From assembly GCA_964016885.1 (NCBI GenBank), contig OZ024743.1, positions 369,830,001 through 369,894,000 on the forward strand: a stretch of 64,000 bases of DNA, written 5' to 3'. The notes beneath the pieces were generated by a model that worked only from the letters and a program-made list of their open reading frames with translations, did no database searches and was not told the DNA's origin. Source of the DNA: Eledone cirrhosa. Its lineage: Eukaryota. Below are positions 9,182-21,665 of the stretch, piece by piece; the first letter of the stretch is position 1; each line of letters opens with the position of its first letter. The position numbers and the translations under genes were made by a program.

Positions 9182-11990
9182 CTAGCAGTTTAACCCGGCG
9201 TTGCTCGGGTTTGTTTATTTGCTATGAAAAGTTACATACAGGTAAACGTGGCTTGAAAGCGTATAAACTTATCAATTAAGTGCATAAAGCAGTTGAACCG
9301 GTTATTAAAAGTTACGAACCAATTAGCATTTTGGAAATCAATGATGGGTTAATAATCTTCCAATAGCGAATTTAGTAGACCAAAGTTGCAAGATGGTGGC
9401 TCTGATGCCGCTGGGTGTCAGATCTATCCGCCATGGGTGACCCAACCAGTTTTCCAGACGGCATAGCTCCAACACCTCCAACACCTGCACCAATATCTAT
9501 AGCACCTCTTTGTAGACGATATTACGTGTCATCCCTTGAGGGGCTCAAGCGAATTTAATAACTCAACCGGATAATTAACGATATCGTCGGGGTCTGACAT
9601 CGGTCGATAGATTTGAAGATGGCTCTTTACCGGGAATCTTCTCAATCAGCTGTTCGTTAATAAAATTAACCATGGTTTTTTTCGGAGCAAGGATGGCTCT
9701 TTCGCTGAGCCAATCGAGGCTTTTAAAGTTAGATGAGACATTAGGAAAAACTGCTTCCCAAAGGTCAGAAGGGCTGCTCACAATGTTGCACAGGGAGTCG
9801 ATTGCTATGCCGCCCTTGTCATCCGCAGGGACCTTGCCCTCACCAAGTGCTAAAATGTTCTGAGCAAATGCTGCAGACATGTTGTCACCATGCAAATGAG
9901 CACGCATATTTGTGCTCAGGTACAAACTCTTCACCTGGAGCCACAACATGGACGACTTAAGGCAGGCACTTCACCAGCTCTTGTCCCTTTGGTGATGACA
10001 GGCAGCGTTTGCCGAAAATCCCCTGATAGCAGAAGGGTTACGCCACCCATAGGAGCCGTAGAATCCCTAATGTCTTTCAGGGTCCTGTCCAATGCCTCAA
10101 GAGCACCCTTGTGTGCCATTTTGCACTCATCCCAAACAATGAGGCAACATTTTTTGAAAACCAGAGCTTCGTGTGATCTCTTGCTGATATTGTGTGTTGG
10201 TGTCTCAGTTTTTACTAAATCCAAGGGGACTTTAAAGGTTGAATGTGCTGTCCTGCCTCTCGGCAGCAAAGTAGCAGCGATCCAGGACGATGCAACGGCC
10301 AATGCAATTTTTTTCTCCTGACGAATCTTAGCGAGTATCAATTTCGTTACAAAAGTTTTTCCGGTACCCTCAGTCTGATTTTGAACCGCGTCAATGACAG
10401 TTAAATAGGCCAACCTTTGGTCCGACAGAAGTTTGGGCTCATTTTCCTCTAAGTATTGGGAAAGAAATTCGATGTCATATGCTGTTTCCCGCAACAAATC
10501 CGGGACCACCGTGTTAGCTTCCTCTCTGACGGTTGACGGCAAGCCATACGTCGCCAACTCACTCCCACCCATGTCGAGGAGAGCGTACTCGATATCAATG
10601 AGTGCCCTGTTGTAGATAATGTCGTTGTAATCAACTTCCACTGAAGTATACTGCAGATGAACCAGGCGCAGGAAGTCCTCAGACATGAAGTCTCTGTACT
10701 TGACCCATAAAGATTTGGGATCACCCAATTCACACTTTTGAAGCAAAATGGCAAAGAGTTCCCGTAGACCTTTAGGTGATTTCAACAAAGCACCCTCTGC
10801 TAAAGTGGAATCCCATTGCGAATCATCTTCCAAAAGACCACGCTTAAAGCAGGCTTCCCGGTACGTATCACATATTTCTCCATCAACAGCTTTGAGGTCC
10901 TGAAAACTTTGTGGGCCTACAACTTCATGCAGAAGAAGGCGGAGATGAAAGCACTCATGCTGACTTGGGGACACATTGTAAACCCTTCCAAGACAGCTGT
11001 CAAATTTTACACCAGGATGTCTTTCAACAGCCTGATCTGACTTTCTTCGCACCCAAGTGTTTTTCGACCATATAAAGTAGGATGGAACCTGTGGGTCCAC
11101 AATTGTTTGCGCAAATGTATCGAACTGGCAAAGTTTGAAGAAACCCGTCAGAGTGGTCTCTTTCGCATCGGCGGCCAACTTGGCGGCAGTTTGGTCCGTA
11201 AAGTAAACCCTTTGCCCATTTTCCAAATGTACCGCAAGCTGTACGATGCGGGGTGGCGTTGTAGTAGGGGTAAACCAAATAGGCGCCAAAAAGCTTCATT
11301 GCTACTGATGTACCAGGTATTCTGTGACCTCGTCCCTGCTATTTTCAGCTTGAAATGCGAACATTGCGGCATCAGAGCCCTTATTTATATATTTGTATAT
11401 GTATTTTATCGACTTGACGGAGTTGCAAAAGTCAGCGTTGATGTGGGCGTTGAACATCTTCAAGAGAAGCGGGCAGTAAGGGACCACCCATCTATTGTCG
11501 ACTTGACCTCCCTTTACTGTTGTGGTGAAGCCACCGTTCTCGGGCCGTCTCCGCCTGTACAGGGGGTACCCGTCGCCACCAGTCTGAGTCTGGTCAACAA
11601 ATTCTTTTGGGTATCCCTTACTGCACGACCCCCCTTTCAGACACGTGTGATGCTCATTAGGAACCGACGCACACGGACCATGTTAGCTTTGACGATGTCA
11701 TGTAATTCCTGGTCAGTTGCTGGGTTAGGGATTTCAGCCGAAATGAAGCTGTCTACGGCATTTGAATTGATTTTATCAGCTAACCATATCAAAATGTGAG
11801 CATGTGGCAGCCCTCGTTTTTGCCATTCGACGGTGAACATGTCACATTTTACAGCCCCAAATACCTGACCCTTTTTGATTAAAGCCATGAGTTTAGCCAG
11901 TTTCAGTCTGAACACTCTGGCAATGAGATCATGTCTGTTCGAATAATTTTGCCCAGGAAAAAGTTCACGGGTTACATTCCGATTCATATG
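9182..11990 (-). mobile_element. Helitron with decayed Rep/Pif1-helicase ORF
   Basis: 3' CTAG at 9182 with hairpin 9193-9210. Rep motifs VEWQKRGLPHAHILIW and YIYKYINKG; helicase motifs GTGKTF, GRTAHS, IVWDE, GDFRQTLPV, RAILAP. Several frameshifts and deletions. A possible 5' TC end lies at 12475. Confidence 0.9.
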
Positions 11991-12037
11991 TCTATAGCAT
12001 TAATCTGTTATATGAAGTGTTATTTTGCGGGTTGTTA

Positions 12038-15000
12038 TCTCTCTATATATAAAACGGTAGATGTCTGTCTGTGTGTGTGTGTATGATTTTTATGCATTTC
12101 CACATTTCTCTACTGATTTTGATAATTCTTTTTCCAATGTGCTCCCAATTTACCAGGGCAAGTCAACGCGTAATTATTTTTGCCAAACATTTCCTGCTTC
12201 TATGAAAACAAATCGATAAAACTAAATACATGCTGTAACCCTCTCTCTTACACGCTTCATTCCTCTCACTACCCTCAATCTCCTCCGCAACTCTCTTTAA
12301 AAGGTTACTGCCTCCGTCTCTGAAGGAACGCGACACAAACTTTGATAACCCTCTCTCTTACACGCTTCATTCCTCTCACTACCATCAATATCCTCTGCAA
12401 CTCTCTTTAAAAGGTTACTGCCTCCGTCTCCATTACAGTTTAGAACAACGACAAATCTTCTCTCTTTATAATAGATCATTCACCCTCTTCGTTCGTCATA
12501 CATCAAATATAAAAATATAAAAAGCCGATAACACTAAATACATACTGCTCTCTCAACGTTACATTTTACATCAAATAGCAAATATTCAAAAGCAACAGAT
12601 GAATTTATAAAACAACAAACGTAACAATAACGACGCTTAAGCGTTCATTTACTTGAATCTCAACAAAGACATTATATTTTATTGTTGTCCTTTTTGTAAT
12701 TTTTCTTTCTTTGTTTTTCTCAATATGAGACAAAAAATTAATGAGAAAACTTTTTTAACGAACGTCCGATTTCGATGATTTATTTTCCAGTGTGCTCCAA
12801 AGTAACGCCCCTGTTTACGCTCTTTTGTGCTATAACTCAGACAGGCTTGGCTTACAGGTTTGACCTATTATTTGACGTGCATTCTTCATAGATCTTACTT
12901 AGTACTCACTTTCCACTTACTCACCGTTCAATTGAAAGTTTTGGCTACTCCCCCTTTCATGCTCCATTACCTGCATAAATATTTACGTGTTCGGTCCTGC
13001 TACAATATAGTACTCACTTTAAACTCATTCAAAGTTCATTTGAAAATTTTCGCTACCAAACACATTCTTTGAATCTACGGTCATGCCACCCCAAAAAGAC
13101 CACGACTAAGTTGCCAAACTAAAGCTGCTTCTGCTGCCAAACGAAGAAGAGCTACAGAGTTGTCCGTAGAAAAATTGACTCGGTTGTCACAAAATGCAAC
13201 TCGAAATGTAATTACCCGGGCAACCGAGACAGTAAAAAAGAGGAGCATCCACCTTTCTGGAAATGCATTTGTAACTGCAGTTGCACGTGCAGCGCAAACT
13301 GATGAACAACATCTCGATGACGAAGGAAAAATGCGGCCTCCACCGCTGCGGCACGTGACGGTGAGGACGAAGAACACCGTTACAGTCGACGACGAAGAGA
13401 TGCCGCCTCAACTGCTGCGTCACGTGCTGCCGAGGACGACGGGCAGCGTTCCAGACGTCAACGTACGGACGCCGCTTCAACAGCTTTCGTCCGCGCATCA
13501 GAGACTGCGCAAATTCGATTACAAAGGCTAAACGCCAACGCACTCCGCAGGAGTGCTAAACGAGGTACACAGAGAATCAGTTGCACTCAGTGGTCTCATA
13601 AGGCTTTCCACTATGACTCAACAGTAAACTATGCACTGATGCCAGAAGTTCAGATTGGATCCATGTCTGTCATTTGTCAATATTGTCGGGAAAAAAATAG
13701 CCTGGGGAAACTTCAGGGATGTGCTGCTCTGACGGCAAAGGGAAACTGCCTCCTCTACAGAACCACCACAACCTTTGAAGTCTCTACTGACCAGTGCCAC
13801 AGCGGAGTCGGAACACTTCCTTAGATGTTCCAGGAGATACAACGCTGCCTTCCAAATGACCTCTTTCGGAGCTAACATCATACGCGAAGACGGCTTCATG
13901 CCTACCTTTAAAGTTCAAGGACAAATTTACCACAGAATCGGTTCGCTACTGCCCACGACAGACGGACAGCCCCAGTTCCTACAGCTATACTTTGTCACTG
14001 ACTATTTGGACCAAGCGGAACGACGCGCTTCAATTTCGCCTGGCACAGAGATGAAAATTCTGTTGCAACTCCAGAAAATGCTGCACGAAAACAACAACTA
14101 CACTCGCAGTTTCAAATGCGCATTGGAGGCTGCTCCGTTGCCAAATTTTGCTGTTATAACCGACGCTGACGGGAAACAACCAGGCACCCACGCCAGACGT
14201 TTTAACACTCCCACGTGCAATGAAATAGCTGTGCTTCTTCATGGAGAACAGTACAACAAGCGGGACATCATACTTCAGTGTAAGGACAATAGTCTGCAAC
14301 GGATCAGCGAGACGCATAGGTCCTACGACGCATTCCAATATCCCCTACTTTTCCCATTCGGTGACGACGGATACCACTTTGGAATTCCTTTGTGCAACAG
14401 CAACAAAACTGTTTCCTCTATGCAATTCTACGCCTACCGATTCATGGTCCGCGAATGCTGCTTTAACCACCTCCACCGTGCAAGAGTACTCTTCAACCAA
14501 CTTACTGTAGACGCGTGCGCAAAGATGGAATCTGAAAGGCTGTGCTACATAAGGAACAATCAAGCAAGCCTTCGTTCGGACAGCTACATTCACTTACGGG
14601 ATGGAGTAAGGAATGGCGTCGATCCGAGAACCTAGGAAAACATTGTATCCTTCCGTCGACCTTCATTGGGAATCCTCGATACATGAGAGAATGCACACAG
14701 GATGCTATGACGTACGTGCGTCTCTACGGCAGACCAGATCTCTTCATCACTTCAACATGCAACCCTAAGGGGAATGAAATTACCGCGGAATTATTCCCCG
14801 GACAAAGGGCGTCAGACAGACACGATCTTACGGCACGAGTTTTCACTTGAAGTTGACAAAACTTATTGAACTCCTAAAATCAGGTAAGGCCTTTGGACAT
14901 GTTAGGTGCTACGTATACACCGTTGAGTGGAAAAAGAGAGGCCTGCCACATGCTCACCTACTCATTTGGCTGATAACGAAAATCAACGCAAGCAGCATTG

Positions 15001-17367
15001 ACAGCATCATTTCAGCAGAAATACCCGACCCGAAATTGGACAGAGAACTCCACAAAATTGGACAGAGAACTCCACAACATCGTCACGGCTCACATGGTTC
15101 ATGGGCCATGCGGAAACGGTTTCAACATGAATTCTCCATGCATTAAAGAAAGAAGGTGCACCAAGAGGTATCTAGGCCATTCCTCCGAGAAACTCGGACA
15201 GGTGGCGACGGTTATCCATTATACCGCCGCAGGGAGCCAGCGAACGGAGGAATTGTTACGAAAACCCCACATCACCACGTCGACAACCGGTGGATTGTAC
15301 CCTACTGCCCACTTCTGCTTAAATTGTTTAACGCCCACATTAACGTTGAATACTGCCACTCCGTCAAATCGATAAAGTACGTCTGCAAGTATATCAATAA
15401 GGGGTCCGATGCTGCGTCCTTTGGTCTTACAATGGAGAACAACCGAGACGAAGTAACTCGATACCAGGTCGGCCGATACATCAGCAGCAATGAAGCGTTC
15501 TGGCGATTCTTCCACTTTGCAATACACCATAACTACTTCCCCCCTCCTCCCAACCAAACAGTTGGCGGTGCACCTTGAAAACGATTTATGAGTCTACTTC
15601 ACCGCCTCCACCGCTGCTGAGATAGCAGAGGAACCCAAGGACACCACACTTACGACATTTTGTAAGTTATGCCGAAACGATCCCTTCGCCAAGACCATCT
15701 TCTATTCTCAGGTGCCATCATACTACACATGGAACACAGGCAACAGAATTTGGTTAAGAAGGGTGAAAGGACAACCCGTCGAGGGACATCCAGACATTAA
15801 AATGTCCCCTACACTTGGGAGAGTGTACACCATTCATCCTAACCAACAGGAATGCTTTTATCTCCGCCTACTACTGCATGATGTGGTAGGACCGACATCT
15901 TTCGACGATCTAAAAACAATCAACGGGGAGCTTTGTACTTCATTCCACGCAGCCTGTCTTAGACGGGGTCTACTGGAAGGTGGCGCTAAGTGGAATGCGA
16001 CATTGGCGGAGGAAGCTACAATACGCTCAGCGCGAACTCTTCGGCAACTCTTTGCTGTGCTACCGCAGACATGCGAGTTAAGCGACCCTGCATCCTTATG
16101 GGACAAATACAAAGAGGACCTGTCCGATGACTACATACACCAAGGAAAATGCTACTCCCTCATTCCGAGGTACGACTCAGCGACGAATTCTTCAACAAAG
16201 CTCTCATTGACATCGAGGACAAAATCCTAACTGCCGGCGGAAATGACCTTCCATTCTATGGACTGCCAAAAGTTCAGCGAACGGGCTACGACAAACTTCC
16301 GACGGGCATAATTCAGGAAACTGCCTACGACGTCCACGCCCTCGAACTGTTCATCAACGAAAACGAGCCGAAATTGTTGCAGGAGCAACGACGGGCGTAT
16401 GACACAGTTTGCACTTCCATTCGTCAACGCAGAAGAGGTATCTTCTTTTTGGACGCTCCAGGAGGAACTAGTAAAACATTCGTCAATAAACTCCTCCTCT
16501 CCAAAGTGCGACAGTAGAAAAGAATCGCCCTGGCTGTGGCTTCTTCTGGCATTGCAGCAACTCAACACGACTTCAGACGACACAATAACCTGCAACATCA
16601 CCAAGGACTCTGACAAAGCTGAAGTCTTGAAAAGATGCCACCTAATTGTGTGGAACGAATGCACAATGGCCCATAAAGGGTCCCTTGAGGCGTTAGACAG
16701 GACCCTACTAGACATCAGGGAATGCAACCGGCCGATGGGAGGAGTACCTCTACTGCTGTCTGGCGATTTTCGACAAACTCTTCCAGTTGTTCCAAAAGCC
16801 ACCAGGGCCGACACTGTGGGGGCTTGCATTAAGTCATCTCCCCTGTGGCAGGAAGTGCCTGACCCTCACAACAAACATGAGAGCCCAACTGCTCGGCGAC
16901 CACTCAGCATCCGACTTCTCAAAGGACCTCATAACAGTTGGTGATGGCACTGCACCTTCAGATGCAGCTGGAGAAATGGCAGTCTCGCAAGTAGGCACCG
17001 TTGTCGACACTGTTGACGACCTCACAGCCTCTGTCTTTCCCGATATGGCGACCAACTACAAAAACACGAGTTGGCTATGCGATAGAGCCATATTGGCTCC
17101 CAAAAATGTCTCATTTGCAAAAATCAATGAGGACCTTCTGCAACGCATTCCTGGAAACCTCCGTACCTACAAATCTGTGGACAAAGTGGTGGACAAAGGT
17201 GAGGTTGACGATTTTCCAACAGAATTCCTCAATTCCTTGGACCTCTCTGGACTGCCACCTCATGAACTGCGCGTCAAAGTTGGGACTCCAGTGATGCTGT
17301 TGAGGAACCTGGAACCACCACGTCTCTGCAACGGAACACGGTTAGTGGTAAGGAACCTCCTGCCATT
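12038..17367 (+). mobile_element. Helitron, 3'-truncated, with decayed Rep/Helicase ORF (about 13083-17367)
   Basis: A^TCTCTCTATATATAAAA 5' end. YNAAFQMTSFG, PDLFIT, VEWKKRGLPHAHLL, YVCKYINKG, DAPGGTSKT, GDFRQTLPV, VMLLRNLEPPRLCNGTRL. No CTRR end seen. Confidence 0.9.
12237..12430. repeat. Direct duplication, period 110 bp
   Basis: TAACCCTCTCTCTTACACGC...AAGGTTACTGCCTCCGTCTC at about 12237-12320 and 12347-12430. Confidence 0.85.
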
Positions 17368-17417
17368 CAGACCATTCAGAGCTATACATACCATACCCTC
17401 TTACTAACACATGATGT

Positions 17418-17692
17418 AACACATGATAATCAGCCAACGGTTACTTTTAGCTCGACTCACTGAGCACACTCATGTCATAGCATAAACCGCGACTCACAGG
17501 AAGAGAATCTTACGTATGATAATACACCGAGATTCAATTGGTCAAGGTTCGATAATAGCTATTTAACACATGATAATCAAACCACGGTTACTTTATTGCT
17601 CGACTCACTGAGCACGCAAACTCAAAATTGCACACTCATGTCATAGCGTAAACCTCGACTCACTGAAGAGAATCTTACGTATGATGATACAT
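17418..17692. repeat. Imperfect direct repeat (about 110 bp, two copies)
   Basis: ACACATGATAATC...GCTCGACTCACTGAGCAC...CATGTCATAGC...AAGAGAATCTTACGTATGAT occurs twice. Confidence 0.8.
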
Positions 17693-18763
17693 CAAGAGAA
17701 ATAGTCCTCTGTGTTGTCATATCGTAATCCGATACCGTAACCCATCCATCCATATACCAACAGTTCTTTCTAAATGTTACACACACACATGCATACTCAG
17801 TCATATTATTTTTTTTTCTCTCTCCAAATTTTTCTACACTCGAAGTGCGGGCGCAGTACCCACATTTTGCGTGTTTAGGGACACGCTTCTATGAATCAGA
17901 TTCCGCTACCCCTTTTATAATCGATCGCTGCTCCAGCATCGATCTGGGTAGGGAACTAATGTAGCGAAATCTCTCCGTGCCTTGAACTTTGGGTGATACC
18001 TAAAGGTTAAATCCTAGGTCAATACTCTCTTTGGTGTAGACAGGTGGATTCGGTGGCTGTCCTTTCAGGTTGGGGGACAGGAAGTGACAGTTATATACAG
18101 ACCATGTACAAGCCATTCCACACAGAGACATCGAAGCGATAGGATATACAACTAAATATGTCAGGATTTACTGCTATCAATAGATCCCCAGTGGTCTACA
18201 GCCAGAGACATCGGAGCACCCCACTACAGAACAAGCTATGTAAAGATTCACAACTATTCAACAGACCCCATGAAGTCTACAGATACACCCAGAGCGATTG
18301 GAACCCTGCTATACAGAACACAAATGTGGAAGATTCACCGCTGTATGCAGTTCACGGTATTTCTAACTTACTACAGACCATTCAGAACTATACATACCAT
18401 ACTCTCTTGCTAACACGGTCTAACAACTATTACCACGAATTCCAACAACAACAACAATTATCTGTAACTCGCTGTTTTAACACCAACAACAACAACAGAC
18501 TACAAGAGCCTACACTTCAACAACAAAATAATATTGTCAATCTTTGCAACTTATGGTAACTTGTTTATTGTACCTAATAATTCACGTGAAGTAAAATATA
18601 TAACCAAATCTAATATTCTTTATATCCTTTATATTCTTTATATTCACGTTATTATTCCTTATATTATATTCATGTTATTACATCTAACAACTTTGTTATA
18701 AACATTTCTAATAACCACATATATCCATTCCATTCTAACTTTTCATTTTTAACCCTTCGTTAA

Positions 18764-19060
18764 AGATACTCCACCCTGATTATACCTTCAGATTTATGCC
18801 TGTGATTATTGGGCACTGGGATATGTTAGTAACTGCCTCAATACAAATCTTGAGAAGCTGAGCTTCACAGGAACAGAAAGAACACAACTAGTTAGGAAAT
18901 GTCAAGTACAATCATTTAATGGAACAGTAAAAATATGTAAAACATTCCAAAAATTGTGCATCTAATAACTGCATATACACATGTGCAGATACAAAGCATA
19001 TACACACGCACACATACAACTCAAAGCATACACATCCACACATACAATAACATCCATACC
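18764..19060 (+). mobile_element. 3' fragment of R4/Dong-type LINE
   Basis: Close match to 38885-39170. Confidence 0.85.
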
Positions 19061-19183
19061 TAGAGAGAGAGAGAGAGAGAGAGAGAAGGTGAGATTGGAA
19101 ATAGCACTGAAAATATATTTAAAGGTCTGTTTTTCTGTTTTTCTGTTTTCCTTTGATTCGTCAAAGTGGCATATATATATTAT

Positions 19184-19430
19184 GTCAGGTCCCTCTTCAA
19201 CGCTACTGGTAACATGTAACCCAGTACAACCTGTTCATGGTCGGGTCGTCAGTGACTAAACCAGCAACCACACCAAGCTTTCTTGGTGAGGAGGGGGATT
19301 TGGGACACCCTGCTGGATGAAAACAATAAAGCTTTTTAAAATATTTTTTGTGGAACGAGTGACCCCTAGTCTTCATTAAAACATCTCTCTAGGAGAAGGT
19401 CAATCTGATATAAAATCTGCAACTTCATTT
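19184..19430 (+). mobile_element. RTE-like LINE 5'UTR fragment with conserved pseudoknot
   Basis: Homologous to 57790-57910 (minus). Contains CTAGGAGAAGGTCAATCTGA, a motif I associate with RTE 5'UTRs. Confidence 0.5.
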
Positions 19431-19499
19431 GCATCCAATGATGTAGATAAGTTTTTTTTTTTTTGGGGGGGGGGGGGTGAATGCATTTGATGTTCAGAG

Positions 19500-21665
19500 A
19501 GTGGAATTGCAAAGTCTTTCCTCACTTAAAAAGCTTCAAACACAGGCATCACTATATATCCCCAAAGGAGAAATGTGGTGTAATGAGTCTTGGTCAAGCG
19601 TTTGATAGCAGCAATTAGTGGTTGTGAGATTTTGGCTAACTGTAAAGCCTTGATAAGCCATCCATGTAGTATACTATCAAATGCCTTTGTGTAGTCCAGC
19701 CACACTACAGTCTAGTTCCAGCGATTCTTCACTGATTTTTCTTGAATCATTTTGTTAATTAGTAGCTGCCCTAAACAGCCCACATTCCTTCTTTCCCCCA
19801 GCTTTCTCAAGTGTTATAATGTTATTGGTGGCACAATGATCCTGAAAGAACAGATTGAGGCATACAGTGTATATTTTATACTTGATGTTCTAGCAGGCTA
19901 TTGGGCAGCAATTTTTAGCAAGAGTGGTTTGGCTATTTTGAGGGATGATGAGAGCAATAGAAGTTGATAACCATTGGGGTGGTTATTGAGTGTCCTTGAT
20001 TATTTCTCTACAGAACTATATGAGATCCCGCCGATAAAAGGAGAAATTCTTCAACCAGTAGCCTGTTAGGAGGTCTAGGGATTTTTGTTTAACATTTTCT
20101 GTAGAACTGTTTCCAGTATTACACCATTTGTTTCATATTGTTTTTGCTGGACATGCTGGTAGTTTTCCTGCTCCAATTCTTTTAGCCATGCAGCTTGTTT
20201 GAGGAAACAATTTGTTTCGCATGCAGATTTCTAGTAGCTCCCAAATTGATCTTTTGTCGGAGTGTCTTTTTACAGGGATTGAGCCTTTCTCATTGAAGCT
20301 ACGATAGACTGACTGTAGTTTTTTGGTAAATAATCATTTGACGTTTATATGCTGTAGATTTATGTTTTCGTTTTTCAGCTGGTGTAGTTTGGAAATCAGG
20401 GTTTTAAATCCTGTATTCTCAAATAGCCTCTCTATTGTCTAAGTCTTCCTGGTAACATGTGAAATTGTTCTTTGTATTGAATTTTATAACTATGGTAACC
20501 TGTGAGATACTTATTCATAGGAATAACATTTTATGATTAGAGTTGTGTACCCATGCTGGTTCAGACTTTATGCTTGTATCCCAATTCTGTGGCTTTAGTT
20601 CTTTATAATAAGTTAGCAATGTAATAGCTGAGGCGTATATCAAAAGGGTAACGGTTTCGTAGGTTGTTTTCACAATTCTGGACTGTGTGGCCTTCAGATA
20701 ATTGTTTCGCTAATTCATTTACTCTCTCCAATTCTAATTTAGTAGGTTCCTTACTTATATGGGTGTTGTATGACCCGTTGCTCAAACTAAGGATGTAGAT
20801 TTATTGAAACATATCATCCCAGATCACCTCTAAGGTGTCCATGAGTTTTCAGTGTTCTTCTGTTTGTACAGTAGAAGTATGGATGTCAGCTAAGTTGTTG
20901 GTGTGGTGTTTATTACTAGATTTAGTCAACCATTCTGTCTGTCCGCCGGTGGAATCATGCTTTGAATCATCTAGTTCCATTAAGTTCGTTGGCTGAGAGA
21001 CCCGAGATCCTAAGGGATATATGTATTCTTAGTGAGGCTTTTGATATGATGGTTGGATGGTTGGAGTGTATGTTGATGTATTTTAGGGACTCATTTGGTT
21101 TGTGGTAGGGGGAGTAAAGGGAGATTTCCCTTTGTTGGCTTTCTTTGTTGCCAACTCCAGTTCTTCCAAATTATTGGATGTTTCTTCCATGTTCTTTATC
21201 CCTTTTGCATGCACATTATGGGATTTTTTCTGTACTCAATACTGTTTTCCAAAATTCCTCAATTTTATGAACTGAAGGAGGTTCCATTACTTGAATTGCC
21301 TGTATCCCAATTTCCCTGTAAAGTCTTTTTTGCATCTGACATAAACAGCTTATTTTGCCTGTAAAACTTATTTCGCTTTTCAAATATTCTGATTCTTTGA
21401 GTTTTCAGCTGTACTTTCTGTTTCAGGGTTTCTTTGATCGATAGAATATTAGGGTTTGAAGTTACATTGTATTTCTTAATTACTGTCCTTCCTTTTCTTA
21501 ATTTAACAGATTTCACAGCACGTATTTCATCCAGGATCGATATATCTCCTTTCATCATTTCAATTTCTTTCTCAATTTTTATCTTCCAGGGTGGTATCCT
21601 TTTCGTTTTATCTTTAATCCCCATTTCCTTTCTATTACCGTTGTTGCTGCATAAATAACCTCATT
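19500..21665 (-). mobile_element. Degenerate R4/Dong-type LINE (N-terminal region and RT start)
   Basis: PPWKIKIEKEIEMMKGDIS..LKQKVQLKTQRIRIFEKR..FYRQNKLF; further 3' WLDYTKAFDS-like and GGKKGMWGC-like segments, related to the elements at 35708-42300. Confidence 0.75.

Noticed and set aside
11107-11799. 230-aa plus-strand ORF and other long antisense ORFs
   Set aside because: Shadow frames opposite Helitron, LINE or Gypsy coding sequence, with no recognisable motifs.
9931-17407. Host PIF1 helicase genes
   Set aside because: Fused to HUH Rep motifs, intronless, frameshifted and associated with Helitron termini.
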